Source: a virus
Lineage: Duplodnaviria > Caudoviricetes
Length of the DNA: 64,000 bases
Direction: 5' to 3' (one strand)
IMG/VR virus record: IMGVR_UViG_3300020036_009553
Coordinates: 1-64,000 of that record
The position numbers and the translations under genes are program-made. Below the pieces are notes generated by a model, which saw only the letters and a list, made by a program, of their open reading frames with translations, was not told the DNA's origin and searched no databases. Positions 29,330 through 39,089 of this stretch are shown piece by piece. Numbering within the stretch: the first letter of the stretch is position 1; every line of letters begins with the position of its first letter.

Positions 29330-30198
29330 ATGATATACTGGTCGTAAATTATTATGATAAGAACATCACTGGAAAAACATACATCGTCGGTGACCTACAT
29401 GGCTGTTATCATGAACTGTTTGACGCTCTTAATCAACTCAATTTTGATTTCTCCGCGGATATTCTGTACTCCACAGGAGATATCATTGATAGGGGCCCAC
29501 ACAATTACGCGTGTCTCGGGTTATTAAACGAGCCATGGTTCCGTCCTGTCATTGGTAATCATGAATTCATGATGGTTGAAACATTGGTGGGGGACCCAAA
29601 AAGACGCCAGATCTTTGAGCATATATGGTTATCAAATGGTGGTCGTTGGAAGTATAATTTTTCCGACAGCGAATTGTTCCCCGTTGCCGAACAACTTCGT
29701 GATACTATCCCATATGTGATCTCTGTTGGGGAAGAAAATGATCCTCAACGATTCTACATTGTCCACGCTGAGCTGACAAAAATAGACATATCAAACAATG
29801 TTCATCCTGAACCACATATCGTTCAGGACCATGATATAACAAATTGGATGTTTACTGATCGGGATATATCAGCAATGATGTGGGGAAGGCAGATTTTCCA
29901 ATCTCCACAATTATCAACAAACCTATTTCAATCCCCTGATCTTCCGCTGATTTATGTTGGACACACACCAACAATCACTCCCCGTAAAATAGAGAGGCAA
30001 ATTTATATTGACCAAGGTGCTTGTTATCAGTACTATCCTCGTGGTGATCTAGTTTTAACCCCGGGCCTCACGATAGTTGATCCATATGAGAAGATTTTTC
30101 ATATATACAACATCGCCTCTAAAACGACAACCAAGTACAATTTTGACCAATTCATCAACGAAAATGAATCATCCATACCCAATCCACACCAAAGTTAA
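29308..30198 (+). CDS. calcineurin-like metallophosphoesterase (lambda NinI/PphA-type Ser/Thr phosphatase)
   Basis: GDLHG, GDIIDRG, GNHE, VGHTP, IDQG. Confidence 0.9.
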   Translation: MAHSHIVDDILVVNYYDKNITGKTYIVGDLHGCYHELFDALNQLNFDFSADILYSTGDIIDRGPHNYACLGLLNEPWFRPVIGNHEFMMVETLVGDPKRRQIFEHIWLSNGGRWKYNFSDSELFPVAEQLRDTIPYVISVGEENDPQRFYIVHAELTKIDISNNVHPEPHIVQDHDITNWMFTDRDISAMMWGRQIFQSPQLSTNLFQSPDLPLIYVGHTPTITPRKIERQIYIDQGACYQYYPRGDLVLTPGLTIVDPYEKIFHIYNIASKTTTKYNFDQFINENESSIPNPHQS

Positions 30199-30336
30199 AG
30201 CCATGCGCCCTTCATGCCCGTGCAAGAATGCAAAGTTCACCCCAGTAGAGGGAACAATCCTGAAAGTCATCCAAAATGGATCCGGAATTTGGTATTATCT
30301 CGACGCTGGGATAACAATCAAAAGTGAATGGGTAGT

Positions 30337-30636
30337 CTAATCCTTTAACTCGACCCGAATCAATTTGATGTGCGACGGAGGAACAATCGTCAACACTTTC
30401 TTGTGTTTATCCCATATTGTAATTGGCTCTTGTTTTGTCATGCACGCATCGACATCTAATAGAACCTGGCTCATTGCCGGAATAGGCATATGTGATCCAG
30501 CAACGACCGTTCCATCAACAAGAACAATCTCGAGAATAAAATTCTTCGCTTTATCAATCGCTTGATCATAACTATCAAATAATGTGTGGTGCATACAGTT
30601 CTCCCCAATCAAAAATAATTTGGGGGAGAACGGCAA
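30337..30636 (-). CDS. hypothetical protein
   Basis: Minus-strand ORF adjacent to 30639..31139. Confidence 0.5.
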   Translation of the reverse strand: MPFSPKLFLIGENCMHHTLFDSYDQAIDKAKNFILEIVLVDGTVVAGSHMPIPAMSQVLLDVDACMTKQEPITIWDKHKKVLTIVPPSHIKLIRVELKD

Positions 30637-30638
30637 TA

Positions 30639-31139
30639 TTAATCAGGCCCCACCCATTGTGTCCCATCAAACCGTGTCCTCATTATTCGAGCACACTGAC
30701 TCTCACCAAACATGAACAGAAAATTCATTTGCCCATCATTATTTATCACCTGATCAATGAACACCCGTGTATCTGCGTTATAGATCAACTCCCCTTCACT
30801 TGGATCAAACCGATGGACAAAAGCATAGCAATAATCCCCACCAAATGGACGAGACGCTACTGGCATATCTGGATTGACATAATATAACAAAAACAACTTA
30901 TTTTCGTGGTAAAAAGCACGAGATGGCATGTACCCAATGATCCTATCATCTGTTAAACGATAGATTGCTGCAGTTATACGATTCCCAAATCCCTCCTCTC
31001 CCATTCCCACTCTAACTTCCACAATGGCAGAAGGAAAAGTCTCTAGGCAAACAGTAATGATAGAGACAATAGGTGGTGGAGGAGAAACATAAGTAGATAA
31101 AAAATCATCCCCATTAACATCAGTATGTAAGTTAGACAT
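30639..31139 (-). CDS. hypothetical protein
   Basis: Minus-strand AAGGGA RBS and TTGACA promoter near 31204-31209. Confidence 0.6.
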   Translation of the reverse strand: MSNLHTDVNGDDFLSTYVSPPPPIVSIITVCLETFPSAIVEVRVGMGEEGFGNRITAAIYRLTDDRIIGYMPSRAFYHENKLFLLYYVNPDMPVASRPFGGDYCYAFVHRFDPSEGELIYNADTRVFIDQVINNDGQMNFLFMFGESQCARIMRTRFDGTQWVGPD

Positions 31140-33229
31140 GTAATCAATTTCCCTTTTTTAATTTGTAAGTTGTAATCTAATATACCACGTATTAGTAATT
31201 AATGTCAACGGGGGAAAGGGAGATTGGGGAGATTAATTATTGGGGGCAAAATTAGTGATAACTCGGTGTATTGTGTAATGTGTTGATTGTATGGGGATAA
31301 ATTTACATGAGCAATTGACCAGCATATCTACCGATAAGAAATGCTGAGAATTGTTGTTATTGATCATGTGATCGGTCTATTATATCTCGATTCATGTGGG
31401 GTGGTAACTTGTTGTTTTTACAGGGATAATTTCGTTTGTCATGCATTCGATTGTTTACTAGTAACCATGTGATTTTAGTGGAGATAATTGTTGTTGGAAT
31501 GAGATGTTGTGTTATATATTATGTATTATGGGGTCATATATTGAGAAACATTTGGGTGGTGCTAATGTAGAAAACCGTAGTAGTCGCGCTCGTGGTCCTC
31601 CATCTCATTGGTCCTTTTTTTGGTATGGTTACTAGTAAACTGTTGTTTCTGCACAGTTTTTTACCACACTCCAACTTGGGAATATGTATTTGAAGTATGT
31701 TTTTTCAGTATAGCAACTGTTATACTTTTGGTGTTTTTTGTGTTGATTGCCCGTTTTCACCCTATTGTTTCACTGGATTGCAGCAGTAATATATGGTAGT
31801 TTAGACCATATTTCACAGTACCACCACCAGGTGGATACTCTGGCCAGTTATTCCCACAGTTCTCCCAGGATTATATTGTGTGGACATTGTTGTCAACATT
31901 GGGATGGTGATTGTCTCTACCATCGTCAACCACGCATGAATAGTGGTGTTGATGATATTTCACGATGATACAAAGTGGTGATGATGTGTATAGAAAAACT
32001 TTGGTTGTTTTCTATGGACGAACGAAGATAGGCGATGGTAGTTAACCATCGCCCAACTATGAAATTACCCTATTACAAATATATTCTAAAGGGTCAAATC
32101 ACCGTATTGCCCTATTATTACAATAGAGGAACCTTTCAGGAAAAGTCAACAAATATTTCATTTATTTTCCCATTTGCCCTGTAGAATCAGGTGGTTAGTT
32201 CCATCGTAGAACCACGACGTTGGCTATTCACAGAAAACTTTTTGGATAAATCAACAGGGCAACTTTGAAGTGAACGCATAGTATTTTCATTATACATCAT
32301 CCCAATGAAACCGTCAACAGGGCGGACGATGGTTCTAGGAATGATAGGCGCTCTCGCCGTCCATCCCGAGGTCTGCTCTTCGAATCAGTACGTATATTAT
32401 CCCACATTACACGTGGGAAGACAACTACTGTTTCGTTGGACGACAAGAAACTCACCTCATACTACCAGTGATAAAATAGACTGCAGTGTATATCTGCATG
32501 TTAACAGGTCTGTACAGGATGACCATTTCCAGTTGTATTGAAGACACCACTCTTGATACAAATCGCCGAGTTACTACCGGTTGTTGAGAACTGTATCTGC
32601 CTCATGAACACATTGTGTGAGAAGTTTGTATCTATTAGTTAGCCGGTTCATGTTCTCGGGACTCACGCTTAAATGTTTCGGCCGCCCGCATTACTTTACG
32701 TCACTACCTAATGTGATATTGTTCATTCCAACGCAACACATTCCCTGTTATTTAGTCGTCTCCGTAAAAATTCCATTATTTTTGAGTTTGCCATTGTGGA
32801 ATTTTGACATTACTAGCCGAAGGAATGAAGTGGCAATTAACGGAGGAATGCGGGTTTGATACACTCCCAACAATTTGGTAGAAATGCTAACGTATTGATA
32901 TTATTAAGGTTTTGATCCTCTCTCAAAGGAACAAACGAAAGTGTTGTGTCTTGTTGATTTATTTGCATGGATGAGATATAATTATTGAACTGTCAAACGC
33001 AACAAGTGGAGAAGATTTAGATGTTGACATTCTCCAGCAATTAAAGTAAAATGTCTTCACTGTAGTAAATCAAGCACCGAAAGAAGTAGTGAACAAGTTT
33101 TTGAAACGCAGTAAAAAAGATGTTGACATGAGCAGTAAATTGATGTAGAATGTCCTTACTGTAGTAGATCAAGAGTAGTTGAACAAATAACCCTTTCTTT
33201 TTTATCTCTCTTTTTTGAGGAGTTGCACC
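31140..33229. other. long non-coding region, candidate origin or packaging/terminal region
   Basis: No convincing ORF; C/A-rich to G/T-rich switch; IHF-consensus matches at 31276-31288 and 32888-32900. Confidence 0.4.
33021..33173 (+). promoter_or_regulatory. tandem duplicated sigma70 promoters
   Basis: ATGTTGACAT...TA(A/G)AATGTC...ACTGTAGTA(A/G)ATCAAG twice, 99 bp apart. Confidence 0.7.
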
Positions 33230-33799
33230 ATGGAAAATATCAACATGACCACCGATACCAACACCACCGAATCCAACGTTCCGGCCTTCAACGATGAAGC
33301 GTTTGACGCCGCCCAAGTTGTGGTGAAGTCGCCTGCTGACATCGCCGCCGAAATGGCCGCGACCGCCGCCGCCAAGAAGGCCGAACGCGACGCCGAAGTC
33401 GCCAAGGCCGCCGCCGAGAAGGCCGAGCGGAAGGCTCAACGTGAAGCCGACAAGATCGCTCGCGACGCGGCGAAGGCCGAGACCAAGGCGACCAACGAAG
33501 CGAACCGTGAAGCCGCCAAGGTTGCCCGTGAAGCCAAGGTTGCTGCCGAAAACGAAGTCAAGGCGGCCAACAAGGCCAAGCGTGAAGCCGAAAAGGCTGC
33601 TCGTGATGCGCTGAAGGCCGACAAGGTCGAAAAAGGTCCTTCCAAGCGGTCGATCGTTCAGCCGATCATTGTTGCGAACATCGCGGCCGGCGTTGCCCGT
33701 AAGGACACGATTGATCTGCTCATGGCCAACTACGGCATGACGAAGTCGGGCGCTGCGACGTACTACCAGAATGTCCACAGCGGTGCGTGGACGAAGTAA
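33230..33799 (+). CDS. Ala/Lys/Glu-rich coiled-coil protein with C-terminal GAxTYY domain
   Basis: GAGGAG RBS; GC-rich codons; ends YGMTKSGAATYYQN. Confidence 0.75.
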   Translation: MENINMTTDTNTTESNVPAFNDEAFDAAQVVVKSPADIAAEMAATAAAKKAERDAEVAKAAAEKAERKAQREADKIARDAAKAETKATNEANREAAKVAREAKVAAENEVKAANKAKREAEKAARDALKADKVEKGPSKRSIVQPIIVANIAAGVARKDTIDLLMANYGMTKSGAATYYQNVHSGAWTK

Positions 33800-33809
33800 C
33801 CAGTAAGGT

Positions 33810-33844
33810 AGAAAAGGGGGGAGGTTTTCCCCCTTTTCTATTTT
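33810..33844 (+). terminator. intrinsic terminator
   Basis: AGAAAAGGGGG...CCCCCTTTTCT. Confidence 0.7.
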
Positions 33845-34477
33845 CGTTGATTTCTTCTTCGGGGTAAGATATAATAATCGCATTGATTTGAGGAGTTCAA
33901 CGAAAATGAAACCATACGGACATTGCAGGAGAGACAAACTGGAGTGCAAATTTGGTTGTTGCACTACCAAGAGCGGAAAGAAAATGTGTTGCCGCAAGCT
34001 GGTTGATCGTGCAAACAAAAAGGCAGCGCGTCAATTCGCGAAAAAATTGATCAAACTTGTGTTTGGAGAATAGCATGTATCGGAGAAACAGTCAGCAATT
34101 TGCCATTGGAACTCGGGTGGAGTTTTTTACGAGCCCCCACACCAAGGATTTTTCATGTGGCACAATAGTTGGCCGTGCCGATAACTATATGTTGATTGTA
34201 CAATTGGATACCCCCCTGACAGATGGATCAACGGCCATTGTACTCGACACGAAGATGGTTACGATCATTTAATCAATGAACGAGCCTAAAAAACAAATCA
34301 ATAACCTTGGTGAAGTGAGCATTTACATTCGTGCTAGGAGGGAAGAACTCACCCAGCAATGGGAGAAGACCAAGGAGACCAGCATACTGTCAAGGATGCA
34401 CGAACTGCAGAAACTTTACAATTTGATTAACTCGAAAGATTCATAATTGAATCTTTCACAGAAGTGTATTTTTTAAC

Positions 34478-35094
34478 GGGCGGTTAGCTCAGTTGGTTAG
34501 TAGCAGTGGACTCTCACCGATGCCTTGAATTATCGAGGTGTCTTGTCCCTCATAAAGCATAAATAAGTAAAAGGTGCTTTATGAGGGGACAGAAATGAGT
34601 GTTTTGTATTCAGTAGATATGTTAAGAGATGCTGTAAGTGAGTCTTTGTGTTATAGTGATGTAACCAGAAAATTGGGAGTGTCTTTGTGCACATTCAATT
34701 TTAAACGCATCCAGAAGTTGTGTGATGAATATGGTATATCAGTTGACCATTTTGACGTAAAGAAGGCGTTTCGAAGAAACAAAAAGGAATACGGCAAGAA
34801 TGAGATTTTTGTAGAAAACAGTAGAATATCACGAAGTCGGTTGAGACCAGCGTGTATCAGGCTAGGAATTTACCCTGGAAAATGCGGAGAGTGTGGTATT
34901 GAAGAAGTTTGGAATGGCAAACCTCTAATCATTGAGGTTGACCACATAAACGGAAACAGTACTGATAATCGACTAGAGAATTTACGGTTTTTATGCCCTA
35001 ATTGTCATTCCCAGACTCACACATATCGAAGGCGGATTTCCCGCCGTACTGAATAATCCATTGGTCACTGGTTCGAGTCCAGTACCGCCCACCA
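34478..35094 (+). tRNA. tRNA, most likely Lys(CTT) (Ile2/Met CAT possible), split by a ~539-nt insertion; exons 34478-34514 and 35054-35094
   Basis: GGGCGGT/ACCGCCC-A-CCA acceptor stem, GTGGA/TCCAT anticodon stem, GGTTCGAGTCC T-arm. Confidence 0.8.
34595..35056 (+). CDS. HNH homing endonuclease inside the tRNA insertion
   Basis: CGECG...EVDHINGNSTDNRLENLRFLCPNCHSQT. Confidence 0.9.
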   Translation: MSVLYSVDMLRDAVSESLCYSDVTRKLGVSLCTFNFKRIQKLCDEYGISVDHFDVKKAFRRNKKEYGKNEIFVENSRISRSRLRPACIRLGIYPGKCGECGIEEVWNGKPLIIEVDHINGNSTDNRLENLRFLCPNCHSQTHTYRRRISRRTE

Positions 35095-35298
35095 TATTCA
35101 CACGGAGGTAACGATGAGCAACAAACAAATCAAACAAGATCGAGATCGATATCTACAACTGTTGGCCGAAGTGGCTGAGTTGTTGAACGGCATTCAACCA
35201 CCGTTGACCTCTGCACAAAAACAGGGTGTTCTTGACGGAACTCTCAAGCTGAAAACTGATGCCGATGGTGGGATCACTGTTGAATAGGGCATAATTTA

Positions 35299-36528
35299 AT
35301 GAAAAGTAATCTGTATATTCCCAAAACCATCACGGTTGGGTTTCGAGAACGCAGTGACACGTTCACAGGAAAGCTCGGTTATGTAATTTATACCGACCAC
35401 AAAGGCGTGTTGCGGAAACAGGCATCGTGGAATTCGTGGAGAGATTTGAAGATTGCAACAATTCAACTCGATAATACTCCACAACCTGGATTCTGCCTGA
35501 ACAAAGGCGTCCAACGGGATGGATATTGGGGTAATGGACGCTCTGTCATTCGTGTCTGGGATCCTCGGGATTTTGAGTTTGAGATTTCTGTTGATAACTT
35601 GATCGGCATTTTAATGCATGCCGATGTCTCAAAGCGGGATATCACCGAACCTTGTGTGTTTGCTTGGAATGGGACAGAGTTGATCTTGCTGCCAACAAAT
35701 TCTGTGGAATATCAACAGTCGGTGGAACATACCGCAAAACAATGTGTCACATTTTCCAGTAGGTCTCTGGTGGCTGGATATACCTATTCTGTTCGCGCGG
35801 ATAATCTTTCTGTTGTGTACCTGGGATACCTCCAACGATGGGAGGCTGTCAACCACACATATAGTTACCGGCGTGATACGGATGTCCCGCCGTCGCTGAA
35901 ACAACTCAAAAAACGTAAAGGACACGTGTTCATCGATCCATCCACGAAACGAATTTACGTCAAAGACCCATCAGCGTTTATCTCGGGCGTCGAGGTCGAA
36001 GAATGTCACAACAAGTTTGCAGATTTATTGCAAGCATATTACGGTGACATTAACAGCCAACCGTGGATCGGTTGCAGCATTCTACCCGCTACTGAGGGGT
36101 ATCGTACTAGGCTATGGGGAAGAATTAACAATACAGATTTCGTCGAATTTGCTTTTACTGATGATTTTATCGGGTATGATAATAACCGTAGACCACCTAA
36201 GGTAGAAGTGACGAGGTTTGGTCGGTATGATCCGTCTGTTCCTGGTTTTACATTTTCTAGTACTGACCAACAGCCTAATTATTGGACAGCTCGTGGAAAG
36301 ACTGTCCCAAGGTTAGCTGGGTTGGCTATCGATCAACCGGAAGTAATTGCTTTGGGAGGGCTTATTCTAAGTCATCTGGTTGCAAACCCATCCGATAAAA
36401 CGTCTTTTACGTGGCAACAAAAGAAAATTCACATGAAGAAGATATTCGCTGAGATGTACACAAATTCCAACATTGGAGAGCTTTCTGTCGTATTGTCTGA
36501 TGGGAAAATCGCCAAAACTGAAATATAA
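35299..36528 (+). CDS. hypothetical phage protein (409 aa)
   Basis: Long ORF; DPRDFEFEISVDNL segment. Confidence 0.7.
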   Translation: MKSNLYIPKTITVGFRERSDTFTGKLGYVIYTDHKGVLRKQASWNSWRDLKIATIQLDNTPQPGFCLNKGVQRDGYWGNGRSVIRVWDPRDFEFEISVDNLIGILMHADVSKRDITEPCVFAWNGTELILLPTNSVEYQQSVEHTAKQCVTFSSRSLVAGYTYSVRADNLSVVYLGYLQRWEAVNHTYSYRRDTDVPPSLKQLKKRKGHVFIDPSTKRIYVKDPSAFISGVEVEECHNKFADLLQAYYGDINSQPWIGCSILPATEGYRTRLWGRINNTDFVEFAFTDDFIGYDNNRRPPKVEVTRFGRYDPSVPGFTFSSTDQQPNYWTARGKTVPRLAGLAIDQPEVIALGGLILSHLVANPSDKTSFTWQQKKIHMKKIFAEMYTNSNIGELSVVLSDGKIAKTEI

Positions 36529-36542
36529 AAGGAATTGATAAC

Positions 36543-36986
36543 ATGACAACACAAATTGATAGTAAAATCACAGCGATGTTCGCCAAGGTGAGCGAACGCA
36601 AAGCAAAGTGTAAAGAACTCCGGCAGCAAATCTCTGCACCATGGAAAACAAACTGTTCGTTCATCCCACTGGGGGCTACTGTTCCAGTGAATATTCAAAC
36701 AGCTTCGGCTGAAATGGTGTACTCTATTGCTACAACGTTGGGAGTATTGATCGTTGGAGCTACGTGTGCAAGTGAGAATTTTGGTTTGACCATCACCGTA
36801 AAAATCCAAGGGTATGTCCCAACTGATTGGTTTACTGATCTGAAGAAGCGGCTTGCTGCGATTAACATCCGCGACGAAGAGAAGCAACTGGCTGACATTG
36901 AAGAACGACTGACAAAAGTTCTCTCTCCGGAAGAACAACGTCGGTTGGAGGTTGAAATGCTGGCCAAAGAAATTGGGCTTGAGTAA
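36543..36986 (+). CDS. hypothetical coiled-coil protein
   Basis: AAGGA RBS; probable operon with 35299. Confidence 0.65.
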   Translation: MTTQIDSKITAMFAKVSERKAKCKELRQQISAPWKTNCSFIPLGATVPVNIQTASAEMVYSIATTLGVLIVGATCASENFGLTITVKIQGYVPTDWFTDLKKRLAAINIRDEEKQLADIEERLTKVLSPEEQRRLEVEMLAKEIGLE

Positions 36987-37060
36987 TTATTGTTGACAAT
37001 GAGTGGAAAATTAGAGATAATACTATTTTAACTTTCCACTAATGACAAGGATATATCATT

Positions 37061-37507
37061 ATGTCCCAACCGGATGATATTTTTGACCAGGCTGCCAAGC
37101 GAAGTGTTCGTGATGTGGTGGAGGCAGCGATTAAACTCGCGTTGACTACCACTCCACGGGAGGTGTTGGACATTATGCTGATCGCCTGTGCACTTCAGGC
37201 AGGGCTCAAGTATTGCGTAGCTAATGCTAATCGCCGCGAAGTTTCTCAATCTATGAACTGGTATTCGAACTGTCACGATTTTGTGAACACTACAGCAGTC
37301 GGCCATCCAGATTTGGAAGTTGCTTTGAAAGATGCCATTCGTGGGGTTGATCATTATGTCGAGATAGTGGATTCTCTCAAAGACAAGTATGGAATTAATT
37401 TGATGGATTATTTCATGTTTAGCCGTAACAGCCATCTGGACCAGCGCCCCACGTACGCAGTGCTGGAAACGGACGCGAGGAGACGCCTGGGAATAATAAA
37501 TCTGTAG
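37061..37507 (+). CDS. hypothetical protein
   Basis: Own promoter and RBS. Confidence 0.6.
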   Translation: MSQPDDIFDQAAKRSVRDVVEAAIKLALTTTPREVLDIMLIACALQAGLKYCVANANRREVSQSMNWYSNCHDFVNTTAVGHPDLEVALKDAIRGVDHYVEIVDSLKDKYGINLMDYFMFSRNSHLDQRPTYAVLETDARRRLGIINL

Positions 37508-37515
37508 TGCCGCCC

Positions 37516-38154
37516 GCCCGGGTGGTGAAATCGGTAGACACAAGGGACTCAACAGGGTCACTAGCGAAAAATGAATTGGTAGCCAGAAAACGTTGATATA
37601 TTATGATCAGCTAATCCAGGCGTAACAAGTCAAGGGAAACCCGCTAGTAGTATTTCCGTAAATTCGGCGAACGCTAAAACAAGCAGACGGCAAGGCATCT
37701 CGGTAAGAGCAAGGGACGAGGAAATAGTAACACTCGTGGTTAAATCTACTTATTGAGATGGTTAAAACTAGAATGCTTGTTATGCCAACGCCGAGCCGAG
37801 CCTGTACTTTGAACGGTGGACCGTTTAACTAAGTACCGTAGTGAGGATGCAACTGGCTTACTTAAATGTAAACAATGATAGTATCTGTGCCAGTAGAACC
37901 ATAAAGGTAAGTATAGGAAGGTGTAGAGACTAGAGACGGAATGCCTGGGCGGTAGGCTTACGGGATGCTGATATAATCCCGCCGAGTAACCGTATGGTGA
38001 TAGCATAGTCCAGACCACGAACAATCGCTCACGATTAGAAAACGAGTGAGTAATAGCTAAAGCAACGGGTAGCTAGATTGGCGGCGAAAACCGAAGTGGT
38101 AAGTAAAATCCCTCGCCGTAAGGCATGCGGGTTCGATTCCCGCCCCGGGCACCA
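37516..38154 (+). tRNA. tRNA-Leu(TAA) with group I intron; exons 37516-37549 and 38104-38154
   Basis: GCCCGGG/CCCGGGC-A-CCA; AGGGA-CT|TAA-AA-TCCCT; long variable arm. Confidence 0.9.
37550..38103 (+). ncRNA. group I self-splicing intron (554 nt, no evident ORF)
   Basis: Exon ends in U, intron ends in G; P-like AAATTCGGCGAA, Q-like AACGCCGAGCC, R GAAGGTGTAGAGACTA, S CATAGTCC. Confidence 0.85.
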
Positions 38155-38506
38155 ACAAAAAACTCATCTGCTATAATAATAAGTGTTGCTTAACGAAAGC
38201 GACCAATGAACTGCTTCGGGCATTATTAACATTCTAATGCCTTTCCATAGTCCGCCAGATGGGACGATAGTGGATAAAGTGGTGCTGGACATTCTCCGTT
38301 AGTGGAGCCGGCCAACAGCAAATAGAATACTAACTAACCATATGATTAATGGCGGCTATATTACTGGGGTGGCTGGTTAACCAGGCGAGCGACTGACCAT
38401 ACGATGGCTTGGGCGAATAGCCCAGGCTGTTTCTCCTTCCCGCCGATAGTGGTAATGTTGATATAGTGTAAACTTTTATGTATAATTTCTCTATTGAAAA
38501 ATTCAC

Positions 38507-39028
38507 ATGGAGAAAACAATGTCCAACAATTACGTATACATTGGATGGTATGTAGAAGCGCAAACCATTGGTGGAACGGAATATGAAGGAAGCCGAGTTT
38601 GTTCGCATCATCCCGAACATCCAATAATGCAAGGTGGGGACTTCTGTCCTATTTGTGGCAATCAAGTTGTATTTGCAGCCGTCGCTAGACATACACAGCG
38701 CCATTTTTCTGCCTTGTTAAAAATGTCCTGGCAGCCTCCCTTCCATCAGGAAGATTGGCGATCTTCTGTTCCTGAACAAGATAAATCAACTCTGGTATTG
38801 TATTTTGGTAACTTATCGCAAGATAAGTCATTGAGACAGCCGGGGGTGGATGTTGTTTATCCTATTGACTCATGCTGTTACAGGATTATTGATCTCCCTC
38901 CACATAGGAGAATATCAGTCTCTCCTTCGTTGGAACGCCCCAATGACGACATGGTTGCTTTGCTGGCACGGACGATGAAATATTCTTCCTATGAAGTAAA
39001 ATACGGAATGGTGTGGTTAGAAGATTGA
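38507..39028 (+). CDS. hypothetical protein with zinc-ribbon motif
   Basis: CSHH...FCPICG. Confidence 0.55.
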   Translation: MEKTMSNNYVYIGWYVEAQTIGGTEYEGSRVCSHHPEHPIMQGGDFCPICGNQVVFAAVARHTQRHFSALLKMSWQPPFHQEDWRSSVPEQDKSTLVLYFGNLSQDKSLRQPGVDVVYPIDSCCYRIIDLPPHRRISVSPSLERPNDDMVALLARTMKYSSYEVKYGMVWLED

Positions 39029-39089
39029 CATTACAGTAATGATGCTGTATACTTGTCAGTATTGAAACAGTCCAAAAAGGAAATAGCAA

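Noticed and set aside
31608-32859. Short ORFs in the long intergenic block
   Set aside because: Mostly non-ATG starts, no clear RBS and atypical composition; treated as non-coding.
33041-34018. 325-aa minus-strand ORF (also 43276..44253, 47302..48138, 58034..58798, 6168..6596)
   Set aside because: Antisense shadows of + strand genes with biased codons; no RBS or recognisable motifs.
34515-35053. Calling the tRNA-Lys insertion a group I intron
   Set aside because: No recognisable P/Q/R/S core and only ~80 non-coding nt. Forcing a terminal G would give an unlikely AAT anticodon.
37746-38024. ORF inside the tRNA-Leu intron as a homing endonuclease
   Set aside because: It is antisense, overlaps the ribozyme core and has no nuclease motif.
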